Below the pieces are notes generated by a model, which was given only the letters and a program-made list of their open reading frames with translations, did not search any database and was not told the origin of the DNA. A program made the position numbers and the translations under genes. Of a stretch of DNA of 64,000 bases, positions 1 through 10,890 are shown in pieces. This DNA is from Kiritimatiellia bacterium (GTDB taxonomy: Bacteria; Verrucomicrobiota; Kiritimatiellia; CAIKKV01; CAITUY01): positions 20-64,019 of the forward strand of contig JBBQNS010000005.1 of the NCBI GenBank assembly GCA_038330175.1, given 5' to 3'. Every line of letters starts with the position of its first letter. Within the stretch, counting starts at the first letter, position 1.

Positions 1-133
1 AACAGGCAAGGTCTGCCCCACAAGCCGTTTTGACGAACCACCCCTTGAAATTAAAGGGTGAAACAGAGGTCACCATCATGAAAAAAGACGATTTCACCCC
101 CGAACGGGTAAAGACGGGTTAGAGAGATTAGGC

Positions 134-1576
134 TCAGATTTCGTGATGTCTTGACTCAAGATAGGCGACGATCCCGGCTGCGGCTTGCTGGCCATCGCGC
201 ATCGCTCGGATCACCAGCGAGGCGCCTTGCGTCATATCGCCTGCAACAAAAATCCCGGGAATATTGGTCATGTTCTGCTGATCACGCCAGATCGCCCCAT
301 TAGGCTCTGTCTTGATGGCAAGTCCTTCGACAATCTTATTGCGGCCAGGCCCTGAAAAGCCCATGGCCAAAAGAATCAGATCCGCCTCAATGACAAATTC
401 GGCACCGGGTTTTTCGACCAAATTCAGGCGGACACCCCCGACCGGGGTTACCCAGTCCACCTCGATGGCGCGCACGGACTGCACGGCGCCAGCCTTACCC
501 ATAAACTCTTTGGTTGCCACGCTCCAGCGCCGGGTACAGCCTTCCTTATGACTGCTCGACGTTCGCAACTGTAGCGGCCACAGCGGCCACGGAGTGCTCG
601 TTGACCGGGTCGGCGGTGGCTGCGGTAAAATTTCAATCTGGGTAACCGATTTGGCATGCTGCCGAATCGAGGTCCCTACACAGTCGGCCCCGGTATCCCC
701 GCCCCCAATGACCAGCACGTTACGACCGGTTGCCAGAATGTCCGTGCCGGGCTCAACCTCTTCTCCACCCAGCCTCTTATTTTGTTGCACCAGGAAGTCC
801 ATGGCAAAGTGAATCCCTTTAAGCTCACGCCCTGGCGCCTTGATGTCACGGGCTCCATGGGCCCCACCGGAAAGACAGATGGCATCAAACCGATGTTTCA
901 GATAGCGATAAGAGACATCATCCCCCACCAACACATTGTTTTCAAAGACGACGCCTTCGTCTTCCATCAACTTGACCCGACGATCGACAACCCACTTCGG
1001 CAACTTGAATTCCGGAATGCCATAGCGCAGAATCCCGCCCGGCTTAGCATCTGAATCGTAGACCACCACACCATACCCGGCATGATTCAGCGTATCAGCA
1101 ATCGTCAGTCCCGCAGGGCCAGAGCCCAAAACCGCGATCCGTTCTTTTTTGCGGACCGCCGGGGGGGTGGGCTTCATATAGCCCAGCTCAAAGCCTTTTT
1201 CGATGATGTTAAGCTCAATCTGGCGGATGGCCACCGGTTCCTTATTAATCCCCAGAACGCAGGCCCCTTCGCAGGGCGCCGGGCAAATACGCCCGGTGAA
1301 TTCAGGAAAATTGTCCTTCGACAAAAGAATATCCAAGGCCTCTTTCCATCGGCCTTGATACGCCAGGTCGTTGAATTCCGGGATCACATTCTCAACGGGA
1401 CACCCACACCCATGACAGAAGGGCGTGCCGCAGTCCATGCACCGTGCAGCCTGCTCTTTGATCTCCGCATCTGAAAGCCGGAGTTCCACCGGATTGAAAT
1501 CCTTGACCCGCTCGTCAATCGGACGATAGCCAGGATCGTGACGCTCAAATTCCATAAATCCAGTTAGTTTACCCAT
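134..1576 (-). CDS. gltD: glutamate synthase (NADPH) small (beta) subunit
   Basis: 480-aa ORF; N-terminal Cys-rich Fe-S motifs (CMDCGTPFCHxGCP), two Rossmann GxGxxG motifs (VLGSGPAG, VIGGGDTGAD); stop overlaps gltB start region by 8 bp. Confidence 0.92.
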   Translation of the reverse strand: MGKLTGFMEFERHDPGYRPIDERVKDFNPVELRLSDAEIKEQAARCMDCGTPFCHGCGCPVENVIPEFNDLAYQGRWKEALDILLSKDNFPEFTGRICPAPCEGACVLGINKEPVAIRQIELNIIEKGFELGYMKPTPPAVRKKERIAVLGSGPAGLTIADTLNHAGYGVVVYDSDAKPGGILRYGIPEFKLPKWVVDRRVKLMEDEGVVFENNVLVGDDVSYRYLKHRFDAICLSGGAHGARDIKAPGRELKGIHFAMDFLVQQNKRLGGEEVEPGTDILATGRNVLVIGGGDTGADCVGTSIRQHAKSVTQIEILPQPPPTRSTSTPWPLWPLQLRTSSSHKEGCTRRWSVATKEFMGKAGAVQSVRAIEVDWVTPVGGVRLNLVEKPGAEFVIEADLILLAMGFSGPGRNKIVEGLAIKTEPNGAIWRDQQNMTNIPGIFVAGDMTQGASLVIRAMRDGQQAAAGIVAYLESRHHEI

Positions 1577-4500
1577 GGATCACCTCAGCTCTTTCGGTAG
1601 CTTCGTCTTCTTTCATCATCTGGCCCATCACACGGCGATATTCCATCGGAAAAACCTTGATGAAATAAGACAGCTGATCGTCCCAATTATCCAAAATGTA
1701 CTTTGCCTTACGGCTCCCTGTATAGCGCACATGCTTCTCAAGCAAGCCTTTCAGTTCCACTTGATCCGCCACATTCAACACCAGCTCCAAATCGACCATA
1801 TCCAGATTGCACCGCGCATCAAAATTTCGGTTTTCATCATAAACATAAGCTAGGCCGCCACTCATGCCGGCGCCGAAATTAACTCCCGTCGGGCCCAGCA
1901 CCACCACGCGGCCGCCGGTCATATATTCACAGCCATGGTCGCCTATGCCTTCCACCACGGCGGTGGCACCACTGTTACGAATGGCAAAACGCTCACCCAC
2001 GGTTCCGTTGAGATAGACCTCACCGCAAGTCGCCCCATATAGCAACACATTCCCCGCAATGATGTTAGACTCCGGTGCGTAGGTCGCCCCCGTGAATGGT
2101 TTGACAATGATTTTGCCGCCAGACAATCCTTTACCTAGGAAGTCATTGGACTCCCCTTCCAGCACCAGGGTCATTCCCTTAGCGCACCAAGCGCCAAAAC
2201 TCTGGCCTGCGGATCCCTTGAATGTCATGGTAATAGTGTCATCTGGCAACCCAGCATGCCCGTATTTCTTGGCCACGAGGCCCGCAATCATCGTCCCCAC
2301 CGTCCGATTCACATTCCGAATAGGCGCCTCGAGCGACACCGGCTTACCGGTCTCGATGGTGGCCTTGACCTTGGGAATCAATTTGAGATCCAGCGCACTG
2401 GCCAACTCGTGGTCTTGTTTGCTGACACAACGAACCGGCGTGTTCGAGGGCGGGCGATACAAAATTTTTGAGAAATCAAGCCCCTTCGCCTTCCAGAAGG
2501 TAATAGCCTGGTTCATTTCCAGACAATCCGAGCGACCGATCATTTCGTCGATCGTGCGGAAGCCCAGTTGCGCCATGATTTCGCGTACCTCACCGGCGAT
2601 AAAGGTAAAGAAGTTGACCAGATGATCGGGACTACCGGTGAACAGCTTCCGCAAAACCGGATCCTGGGTTGCGACCCCCACCGGGCAGGTATTGCTGTGG
2701 CATTTCCGCATCATCACGCACCCGAGTACGACCAAGGCGGTGGTGGCAAACCCATATTCTTCCGCGCCCAACAAGGCGGCCACGACAACATCGCGGCCGG
2801 TCTTGATCTGGCCATCGGTCTGCAAGCGAACCTGACCGCGCAGATTATTCAACACGAGGGTCTGTTGGGTCTCGGCTAGCCCTAATTCCCAAGGCGCGCC
2901 CGCGTGTTTGATTGAAGACAACGGAGAGGCGCCAGTTCCTCCATCATGACCACTGATCAACACGACGTCGGCATGGGCTTTCACCGCGCCGGCGGCAATC
3001 GTTCCCACACCGAGTTCCGAGACCAGCTTGACTGATATCCGCGCTTCCGGATTGATATTCTTCAGGTCATAGATCAACTGCTTGATATCTTCGATCGAAT
3101 AAATGTCGTGATGCGGAGGCGGGGAGATCAAGGTAACGCCGGGAGTCGAGTGACGCACCTTGGCAATTTCCTCATTCACCTTATAACCGGGCAACTGCCC
3201 TCCCTCCCCTGGTTTGGCGCCCTGGGCGATTTTGATCTGGAGCTCACGGCAGTTCACGCAAAATTCAGCCGTCACCCCGAAACGCCCGCTCGCGATCTGC
3301 TTGATCGCACTGCACCGGCTATCGCCATTGGGCAACGGTTTATAGCGTGCGGGATCTTCGCCGCCCTCACCGCTATTACTCATGCCGCCCAAGCGGTTCA
3401 TCGCAATGGCCATTGACTCATGCGCTTCGCGGCTGATGGAGCCAAACGACATGGCGCCGGTCATAAACCGTTTAATGATCCCACCTATCGGCTCCACTTC
3501 ATCCAAAGGCACCGGAGCACCGGGCTTGAACGTGAACATGCCTCGCAACGTAAACTGCTTCTCTGCTTGGTCATTAATCAGCCGGGCATAGTCCCGATAC
3601 TTCTTCACATCATTAGTACGCGTGGCGTGCTGGAGATTCGCAATCGCCTCGGGGGACCAGAGATGCCGTTCGCCATCCTTCCGGAAGCGATACTGTCCCC
3701 CTGCTGTCAGGAACGAGGACTCCGACGCCGTATCGGAAAAAGCCTCCTGATAACGCGCATTGGCCTCGAGCGCGATTTCAGGCAAACCGATGCCGCCCAC
3801 CCGAGAGGCCGTTCCCGTGAAGAAGCGCTCAATAACATCCTGATTGATGCCGACGGCTTCAAAGACCTGCGCACTCCGATAGCTCCGCAAGGTTGAAATA
3901 CCCATCTTCGACATGGTTTTGCGAAGGCCCTCACACAGCGAAGCGACATAATTCTCCATCGCCTTGGCGGGCCCGATGTCCGCGCTCAGCTCCTTCTTGA
4001 TCGCCAAATCGGCAATCATCTCAAAAGCCAGATAAGGATTGATGGTGGTGGCGCCATAACCGAGCAGCAACGCCATGTGCATGACTTCACGGGCTTCACC
4101 GGTCTCCACAATCAGGCCCACCCCGGTCCGGCTTCCTCGCCGCACCAGATGCCGGTTGACCGCCGCCACCGCCATTAAAACGGGAATCGGCGTCAGCTCG
4201 GCAGCCAGATCTCGATCGCTTAAAATCAGAAGGTTTTTACCTTCGTTAATGGAGGCATCCGCTGCCGCACACAATTGCTCCAAGGCCGAGTTCAGATCCT
4301 GCCCGGAGCCACCCGCCCGGAACCCGATGGGCAGCGTGGATGCACTGAAATCCTTGAGCCCGAGGCCTCTGATTTGCTCCAGATCTTCATTGGACAAGAA
4401 GGGATGCCGTAGTTTCAAGAGCCGCGCATACTGAGGGGTTTCCAAGAGGATGTTGGACGGGTTCCCGATAAACGTCATCAACGACATCACCAGTTCTTCA

Positions 4501-6158
4501 CGGATCGGATCAATCGGCGGATTGGTGATCTGTGCAAATAACTGTTTGAAATAAGAGAACAAAAGTTGGGGCTTCTCGGAAAAGACGGCCAGTGGCGTAT
4601 CCGTTCCCATGGACCCCACGGCCTCATGTGCCTTGGACGCCATGGCCTCCAGCAAAATCTGGACATCTTCACGAGTATAGCCGAACAGACGCTGTCGCTG
4701 GAGCAAGGTCTCCGTTTTGGGAGTGATGGGCGCCATGGCCTCAAACAAGCCCTGTACTGAGATCTTATTTTCCTCCACCCAACGCCGATAGGGCTGACGG
4801 CGGGACATCTGGCTCTTAAGTTCCTTATCCTTGATAACCCGCTTATGCTCCAGATCAACCATCAGGATCTGGCCAGGGCGCAAGGCCCCCTTCTCCAGCA
4901 CGCGCTCCGCCGGGATATCAAGCACCCCAGCCTCTGAGGCCATCACAATAAACTTATCTTTCGTGATCGTATATCGGGCGGGGCGCAGGCCGTTACGGTC
5001 GAGCAACGTCCCCACCACGGACCCATTCGTGAACGCCACCGTAGCCGGTCCATCCCACGGCTCCATCAAGCCGGCATGGTATTCGAAAAAGCCTTTTTGA
5101 TCAGGGCCAATCGGGTACTTCGCCCCCCACGCTTCAGGGATAAGCATCATCATCGAATGCGGGAGCGAGCGCCCCCCCGCCACCAGAAGTTCCAAGGCAT
5201 TATCTAAACAAGCAGAATCACTGCCACCGGGATCAATAATAGGGAGCAGTTTGCGGATATCCTCACCGAACAGAGGTGAAGCCAAGCCATTCTCACGAGA
5301 CGCCATCTGATTGATGTTCCCGCGTAACGTATTGATTTCGCCATTGTGCGCCAGAAAGCGGAATGGCTGGGACAACTCCCATGACGGAAATGTATTCGTG
5401 CTATACCGCTGGTGGATCACCGCCACAGCGCTCTCCATATCCGGATCGTTTAAATCCTTATAGAACCCGGAGACTTGGCCCCCCATTAATAAGCCTTTGT
5501 AAACAATCGTTCGGGAGGAAAAGCTCGGGACATAAAACCGCTCATCGGGTCCGATGACTTCCGCTACACGGCGCTGGCACTGTTTGCGCACGATATAAAG
5601 TTTGCGATCAAGCGACGGGCCTGACCCTTTTGCCCCACCGACAAAAACCTGCATGACAAAAGGCTGGGCGGCACGAGCCTGATCACCGAGGATGCTGCCA
5701 TCCGTCGGGACCTCACGCCAGCCAATGAATTCCAAGCCCTCTTCCTGAATCACCTTTTTGATTACCGCGAGACATTCGGCACGGCCTTTCGCTTGGGGCA
5801 CAAACAGCATGCCTACCCCATAGGCGCCCGCAGGGGGTAATGTGAATTTAAGGCGAGTGGCCTCCTTGCGAAAAAACTTATCGGAGATCTGCAACAACAC
5901 GCCAGCCCCATCACCGGTGCTCAAGTCGCCACCGACGGCGCCGCGATGCAAAAGATTTTTCAAGACCTCAATGCTATCGGACACAATACGATGCGATTGA
6001 ACGCCGTCAATATTGGCTAAAAAACCTACGCCGCAATTATCATGTTCATTTTCAGGGTCATACAACCCCTGTGGTGCGGGCATTCCATTCATCGCGTGCT
6101 CCTCATTTTTCTCGGAAATGTGACCAAAACCCCGCCCGGGTGTAACCCGGAGGGACAT
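1569..6158 (-). CDS. gltB: glutamate synthase large (alpha) subunit
   Basis: 1529-aa ORF with amidotransferase Cys1 motif (DNCGVGF), FMN/TIM-barrel and C-terminal GXGXG domain signatures; alternative start at ~6092 (MNGMPAP) possible. Confidence 0.93.
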   Translation of the reverse strand: MSLRVTPGRGFGHISEKNEEHAMNGMPAPQGLYDPENEHDNCGVGFLANIDGVQSHRIVSDSIEVLKNLLHRGAVGGDLSTGDGAGVLLQISDKFFRKEATRLKFTLPPAGAYGVGMLFVPQAKGRAECLAVIKKVIQEEGLEFIGWREVPTDGSILGDQARAAQPFVMQVFVGGAKGSGPSLDRKLYIVRKQCQRRVAEVIGPDERFYVPSFSSRTIVYKGLLMGGQVSGFYKDLNDPDMESAVAVIHQRYSTNTFPSWELSQPFRFLAHNGEINTLRGNINQMASRENGLASPLFGEDIRKLLPIIDPGGSDSACLDNALELLVAGGRSLPHSMMMLIPEAWGAKYPIGPDQKGFFEYHAGLMEPWDGPATVAFTNGSVVGTLLDRNGLRPARYTITKDKFIVMASEAGVLDIPAERVLEKGALRPGQILMVDLEHKRVIKDKELKSQMSRRQPYRRWVEENKISVQGLFEAMAPITPKTETLLQRQRLFGYTREDVQILLEAMASKAHEAVGSMGTDTPLAVFSEKPQLLFSYFKQLFAQITNPPIDPIREELVMSLMTFIGNPSNILLETPQYARLLKLRHPFLSNEDLEQIRGLGLKDFSASTLPIGFRAGGSGQDLNSALEQLCAAADASINEGKNLLILSDRDLAAELTPIPVLMAVAAVNRHLVRRGSRTGVGLIVETGEAREVMHMALLLGYGATTINPYLAFEMIADLAIKKELSADIGPAKAMENYVASLCEGLRKTMSKMGISTLRSYRSAQVFEAVGINQDVIERFFTGTASRVGGIGLPEIALEANARYQEAFSDTASESSFLTAGGQYRFRKDGERHLWSPEAIANLQHATRTNDVKKYRDYARLINDQAEKQFTLRGMFTFKPGAPVPLDEVEPIGGIIKRFMTGAMSFGSISREAHESMAIAMNRLGGMSNSGEGGEDPARYKPLPNGDSRCSAIKQIASGRFGVTAEFCVNCRELQIKIAQGAKPGEGGQLPGYKVNEEIAKVRHSTPGVTLISPPPHHDIYSIEDIKQLIYDLKNINPEARISVKLVSELGVGTIAAGAVKAHADVVLISGHDGGTGASPLSSIKHAGAPWELGLAETQQTLVLNNLRGQVRLQTDGQIKTGRDVVVAALLGAEEYGFATTALVVLGCVMMRKCHSNTCPVGVATQDPVLRKLFTGSPDHLVNFFTFIAGEVREIMAQLGFRTIDEMIGRSDCLEMNQAITFWKAKGLDFSKILYRPPSNTPVRCVSKQDHELASALDLKLIPKVKATIETGKPVSLEAPIRNVNRTVGTMIAGLVAKKYGHAGLPDDTITMTFKGSAGQSFGAWCAKGMTLVLEGESNDFLGKGLSGGKIIVKPFTGATYAPESNIIAGNVLLYGATCGEVYLNGTVGERFAIRNSGATAVVEGIGDHGCEYMTGGRVVVLGPTGVNFGAGMSGGLAYVYDENRNFDARCNLDMVDLELVLNVADQVELKGLLEKHVRYTGSRKAKYILDNWDDQLSYFIKVFPMEYRRVMGQMMKEDEATERAEVIHG

Positions 6159-6185
6159 TGCTTACACCGATCTTCAAAAATCAAA

Positions 6186-8333
6186 TCAACGGTAGAATAA
6201 CATGTCAGCATAAGTCGGCAGCGGCCAGTATTCCGCATCAACCACCGGCTCAATGCCATCCGACACCTTACGCAAGGCGACCATGGCAGGAACAACGAGA
6301 TCCCGAAAAGCCACCGCTTCCTTACCTACCGACGGCTCATTTGAAGCTATGGCCGTAACCTCCGCCAATACCTCAATCGCGAGGCTCATATCCGAAGCGG
6401 CATCGTTAACCTGCTGCAACAGTTTTGACTGAGCCACTGCGCCGACGCCGGCCGCTTCCACCGCGTTGACCCCATGCGCCAGATCCGTTGCATAACTGAT
6501 CAACGATGGCAGAATCTCGCGCCGTGCCATGTACAGCATGGTCTTGGACTCAATATTGATGGTCTTGATGTAGTGCTCCAAAAGGATTTCATGACGTGCA
6601 TAAATTTCCTCTTTGGGAAGCGTGCCGTGCTTCATGAGCACCTTGGCATTATCCTTATCCATCATGGTGTTAATGCCGTCTACACAGTTGGAGATATTGT
6701 GCAGCCCCCGCTTTTTGGCTTCGGCCACCCACTCTTGCGTGTAATTGTCGCCATTGAAAATAATCGCCTCATGTTCCTTGGCGATTTTCTGCAACAATTT
6801 CTGAACGCTCACATTGAGGTTCTTAGCGCCCTGTAACTCATCGGCTATCTCCGACAAAATTTCCGCGACAATCGTGTTCAACACGAAATTCGGACCGCTC
6901 AAGGACTGAGAAGAACCCGGCATGCGAAACTCGAACTTATTACCCGTGAAGGCAAACGGTGATGTCCGGTTACGATCAGTCGTGTCCATCGGAATGGTCG
7001 GCAGCGTCGTCACCCCCAACTGCAGACGGCCCGCTTGCTTTGAGCTGCTGGCGCCCCCCTTCTTAATCTGCTGGAAGACGTCCGTCAACTGGTCACCCAG
7101 GAAAATCGAGACAATCGCTGGCGGCGCCTCGTTGGCACCCAGCCGATGGTCGTTGCCGGGCGTAGCCACCGTGGCGCGCAGCAAGTCGGCATACTTATGC
7201 ACCGCGCGGATCACGGCGAACAGAAATACCAAGAATTGCATATTATCATGCGGCGTGTTCCCGGGGTTCAGCAAATTAATCCCGTCATCCGTGCAAAGCG
7301 CCCAGTTGTTGTGCTTACCGGACCCATTGACGCCGGCAAAGGGTTTTTCGTGCAAGATGCATACAAAATTATGTTTACGTGCAATCCGTTGCATCATTTC
7401 CATCGCCAACTGGTTGTGATCAACCCCGATGTTCACCGTGGCATAGACGGGAGCCAACTCGTGCTGGGCGGGCGCCACTTCGTTGTGCTGGGTCTTGGCC
7501 GAAACGCCCAACTTCCAAAGTTCTTCATTGAGGTCCGACATGAAAGACGCCACGCGCTCATGGATCGAACCAAAATACTGGTCTTCCATTTCCTGCCCTT
7601 TGGGCGGTGGAGCTCCGAACAAGGTTCGGCCTGCATATCGCAGATCCGCCCTTTTTTCGACAAATTGACGATCAATCAGGAAATATTCCTGTTCTCCGCC
7701 AAGTGTGGTGATGACGCGTTTGCTGGTCTCATTCCCCAAAGCCTTCAATACCCGCATGCCTTGCTTATTTATCGCCTGCATCGAACGCAAAAGCGGGGTC
7801 TTCTTATCCAATGCCTCGCCGGTATAAGCCGCAAAAGAGGTAGGGATGAACAATGTGGTATTCGAGCCATCGGTCTTGAGGAAGACCGGCGAAGTGCAAT
7901 CCCAAACAGTATAACCGCGCGCTTCAAAGGTTGCACGAATGCCGCCCGAGGGAAACGAGGACGCGTCCGGCTCCCCCTGCGTCAATTCCTTGCCACTAAA
8001 TTCCATCATGATCCGGCCATCCGCCGTCGGCGAAATAAAAGCGTCATGTTTTTCTGCCGTGATACCCGTCATGGGCTGAAACCAATGGCAATAATGCGTG
8101 GCTCCGTTCTCGATAGCCCAGTCTTTCATCGCATTTGCGACGATATCGGCAATCGAGGCATCCAGCTCCTTGCCCTCATCAATCGTAGCGCGCAATTTTT
8201 TGTAAATATTCTTCGGAAGACGCGCACGCATGACCACATCACTAAAGACATTCGATCCGAACATTTCCGGCAAAGATTGTTTTTTACCCGCTTCTGAACA
8301 ACCATTCATGATAGGCTCCTTTTTAAGAATCAC
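6186..8333 (-). CDS. glnN: glutamine synthetase type III
   Basis: 715-aa ORF, length and sequence typical of GSIII (GlnN); 27 bp upstream of gltB, same strand. Confidence 0.88.
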   Translation of the reverse strand: MILKKEPIMNGCSEAGKKQSLPEMFGSNVFSDVVMRARLPKNIYKKLRATIDEGKELDASIADIVANAMKDWAIENGATHYCHWFQPMTGITAEKHDAFISPTADGRIMMEFSGKELTQGEPDASSFPSGGIRATFEARGYTVWDCTSPVFLKTDGSNTTLFIPTSFAAYTGEALDKKTPLLRSMQAINKQGMRVLKALGNETSKRVITTLGGEQEYFLIDRQFVEKRADLRYAGRTLFGAPPPKGQEMEDQYFGSIHERVASFMSDLNEELWKLGVSAKTQHNEVAPAQHELAPVYATVNIGVDHNQLAMEMMQRIARKHNFVCILHEKPFAGVNGSGKHNNWALCTDDGINLLNPGNTPHDNMQFLVFLFAVIRAVHKYADLLRATVATPGNDHRLGANEAPPAIVSIFLGDQLTDVFQQIKKGGASSSKQAGRLQLGVTTLPTIPMDTTDRNRTSPFAFTGNKFEFRMPGSSQSLSGPNFVLNTIVAEILSEIADELQGAKNLNVSVQKLLQKIAKEHEAIIFNGDNYTQEWVAEAKKRGLHNISNCVDGINTMMDKDNAKVLMKHGTLPKEEIYARHEILLEHYIKTINIESKTMLYMARREILPSLISYATDLAHGVNAVEAAGVGAVAQSKLLQQVNDAASDMSLAIEVLAEVTAIASNEPSVGKEAVAFRDLVVPAMVALRKVSDGIEPVVDAEYWPLPTYADMLFYR

Positions 8334-8362
8334 ATACAGACCAAAACATTCATGACTTATTT

Positions 8363-8378
8363 AGCAGATACTATGCCA
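8363..8378 (-). promoter_or_regulatory. candidate sigma-54 (-24/-12) promoter for glnN: TGGCAT-N5-CTGCT
   Basis: minus-strand reading TGGCATAGTATCTGCT has GG and GC at canonical 10-bp spacing of TGGCAC-N5-TTGCW; ~45 bp upstream of glnN ATG. Confidence 0.4.
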
Positions 8379-8649
8379 AAAATAGCGAATAGAATCACAA
8401 CTACTTAAAATCCAAGCACTAGCAACACAAAATAATTTACCGTTACCCCACTAATCCCTGCTAAAAATACAAGTTTGTAACAACCCGCCCTAAGTTAATG
8501 CAAATTTGTAGCATTCGCAGTAATTGATTTACCTTAATCGGGCACATGAAGCTCGCCTTAACCACTGATAAACAGACAAGTATTTAACAGAAGTCCGCCA
8601 GAGCCGCAAAGGTTTTGGGGGAGAGGCTTTCTTAAAAAGCACATTTTTC

Positions 8650-8890
8650 GCCAATCTAGCCGTACCCCAAACGCACCGAATCCTCGCCTAAGTAATCTAA
8701 GATCTCCAAAACACACTGTATCCACGTGGCTCAGCAAGCTTCGCCCTCCAGAAGAATCATCACCTCATTGTAGATCATGTCTTCTGGAGGGCGAAGCTTG
8801 CTGAGCCGCGTGAATACAGGGTGTATTGGGGATCTCAGCGGGATATTCAGATTGCTTAGGCGAGGATTGGGAAAACGCTTGAATCCATTG
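8650..8890. repeat. large imperfect palindrome / MITE-like element (arms ~105 bp, central perfect 26-bp stem 8729-8754 / 8781-8806)
   Basis: reverse complement of 8781-8890 aligns base-for-base with 8650-8754 (perfect core GCTCAGCAAGCTTCGCCCTCCAGAAG; flanks match incl. CTTAGGCGAGGATT); lies in divergent glnN/SDR intergenic region. Confidence 0.6.
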
Positions 8891-8963
8891 CATTGCTCCG
8901 CCTGTTTGTGTTAGGTTCCGCCACCATGAATTCCACTCCTATTCTAAAAGAACAGGTTCTTTA

Positions 8964-10490
8964 ATGTCTGATCCCTCGATGGAAGAACTGAAAGCAGCAA
9001 CGGAGCTTCTGAAGCAGGTCGCCGGAAACAGGGCTTTATTGGCCGGACTTTCCTGCGAAGAGCGCAAGCATCTAATTTCTGCCGCTGGTGATGTTTATTG
9101 CCCGGATATGTTCGAACGCAGGCGTCTGGTGCGCGCCACCGAGCGGCGCCGTAAAGCGGAAATGATTGCTCGTGACCAAGCCAAGCTGAGCTCTACCGGT
9201 ATTCGCAAACTGCGCGAAAAACCTGTCTTCACCACGCCGAACATTCTGCCTCCGTCTAATTTTGAGCAAAAAGACGTGGTTGACGATCCAGATTTCCGCG
9301 AAGTAGTGGAGCCGCGTAACTGCTATACCTGCAAACAGAACTACACGACCATTCACCATTTTTACGACCATCTTTGCCCCGCCTGCGCTACCTTGAATTT
9401 CCACAAGCGCACCGAATCGGCCAACTTGACCGGACGGGTAGCACTCCTGACCGGTGGTCGCGTTAAAATCGGCTATCAGGCCGGCATCAAATTATTACGA
9501 GCTGGCGCTCATTTGATCGTCTGCACCCGTTTCCCCCGCGATTCCGCCACCCGTTATGCGGCTGAACCCGATTTTGGTGACTGGGGCCATCGGCTGGAAA
9601 TCTTTGGCTTGGATTTTCGCCACACGCCCAGCGTCGAAGCGTTTTGCCGCCACTTGTTGGCCACTCGCGAGCGACTGGACTTCATTATCAATAATGCCTG
9701 TCAGACCGTACGGCGTCCCCCCGATTTCTATCAACACATGATGGCCGGTGAAACCGCCTCAATCCATGATATGCCTGAGGCAACACGTCGTCTGCTGGGC
9801 GCCTATGAAGGCCTGCGCGGCTACCACCTGTTGCCCGAAGGAGATGCCGTGGTGGCCCAGAAGCGGATGTCAGAAGTCGTCGGAATAACCCATGCCGCCA
9901 CCTTGTCGCAAATTCCCATGCTACCGGATGAGTTGGCGGCGCAAAAGTCACTCTTCCCGGAAGGTCGTCTGGATCAGGATCTTCAACAGGTCGATCTGCG
10001 TACCACCAATTCCTGGCGCATGCTCATGGCGGACGTTCCCGCTGTGGAATTATTGGAAGTACACCTCGTCAATGCCGTTGCACCCTTTCTACTGAATGCG
10101 CGACTCAAGCCGTTGATGCTTCGCACCCCCGAACGAGACAAACACATCGTCAACGTTTCGGCTATGGAGGGCCAATTCTACCGGAAACTCAAAACGACGC
10201 GTCATCCCCACACGAATATGGCCAAAGCGGCGTTAAACATGATGACCCGCACCTCCGCTACAGACTATTTCAATGATGGTATCCATATGAACTGCGTGGA
10301 CACCGGCTGGGTGACTGACGAGGATCCCATTGAACTCGCTGAAATGAAAACCAAGATGCACCGCTTCCACCCTCCATTGGATATCGTCGATGGAGCCGCC
10401 CGGATTGTGGATCCTATTATTGACGGCTTTAACACCGGCACGCATGTCTGGGGTAAATTTCTCAAGGATTACAAGCCGACGGACTGGTGA
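8964..10490 (+). CDS. SDR-family NAD(P)-dependent oxidoreductase with N-terminal extension containing CxxC..CxxC zinc-ribbon-like motif
   Basis: 508-aa ORF; Rossmann TGGxxxIG motif ([14 protein letters not shown]) and SDR-like core; CYTCK...CPAC upstream. Confidence 0.6.
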   Translation: MSDPSMEELKAATELLKQVAGNRALLAGLSCEERKHLISAAGDVYCPDMFERRRLVRATERRRKAEMIARDQAKLSSTGIRKLREKPVFTTPNILPPSNFEQKDVVDDPDFREVVEPRNCYTCKQNYTTIHHFYDHLCPACATLNFHKRTESANLTGRVALLTGGRVKIGYQAGIKLLRAGAHLIVCTRFPRDSATRYAAEPDFGDWGHRLEIFGLDFRHTPSVEAFCRHLLATRERLDFIINNACQTVRRPPDFYQHMMAGETASIHDMPEATRRLLGAYEGLRGYHLLPEGDAVVAQKRMSEVVGITHAATLSQIPMLPDELAAQKSLFPEGRLDQDLQQVDLRTTNSWRMLMADVPAVELLEVHLVNAVAPFLLNARLKPLMLRTPERDKHIVNVSAMEGQFYRKLKTTRHPHTNMAKAALNMMTRTSATDYFNDGIHMNCVDTGWVTDEDPIELAEMKTKMHRFHPPLDIVDGAARIVDPIIDGFNTGTHVWGKFLKDYKPTDW

Positions 10491-10521
10491 GAGGGCCTAG
10501 CTGATAGGCTGTAGATCATCC

Positions 10522-10625
10522 CCGGCGGAGACCGCCGGCTCCAAAGATTGAACGCGGGGGCTATCCTCACGTAACGCTTGATTGCTAACGCAAATTTTAT
10601 TCTGGAGCCGGCGGTCTCCGCCGGT
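10522..10625. terminator. pair of GC-rich hairpins forming 22-bp long-range inverted repeat (bidirectional terminator-like) between convergent genes
   Basis: CCGGCGGAGACCGCCGGCTCCA at 10522-10545 and its reverse complement at ~10602-10625; each arm itself a 7-bp-stem hairpin; located between convergent SDR and Gfo genes. Confidence 0.45.
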
Positions 10626-10890
10626 AAGCCCCCACACAGGCGCTGTTTCGAGCTGAATTTTATTTACCCAGATTCCTGGAATACCGTTGCGGGATTTTCA
10701 GCTGAGGTACTCCGCAGATGAGAATCCCGCAACATGAATTGATTCCTTTAAGTCTGAATTTCTTTCATTTCTTTAATCAGTGGTGAACTCCCTCTTGATT
10801 TTAGTTTTACCCTTTCCCGGTCAAAAAAAGGCAGCGGGGAGAAGGCCGAAGCCAACTCCCCACTGCCTCAGGGTTCAAGCCAAAGTCAAA

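Noticed and set aside
7146-8297. Long plus-strand ORFs antisense to minus-strand genes (also 20856..22007, 23121..24674, 36295..37065, 59086..60009, 56479..57249, 12937..13536 and others)
   Set aside because: They lie entirely inside well-supported conserved genes on the opposite strand. Their products are low-complexity and Arg/Pro/Ala-rich, as expected for GC-rich antisense frames, and they carry no motifs.
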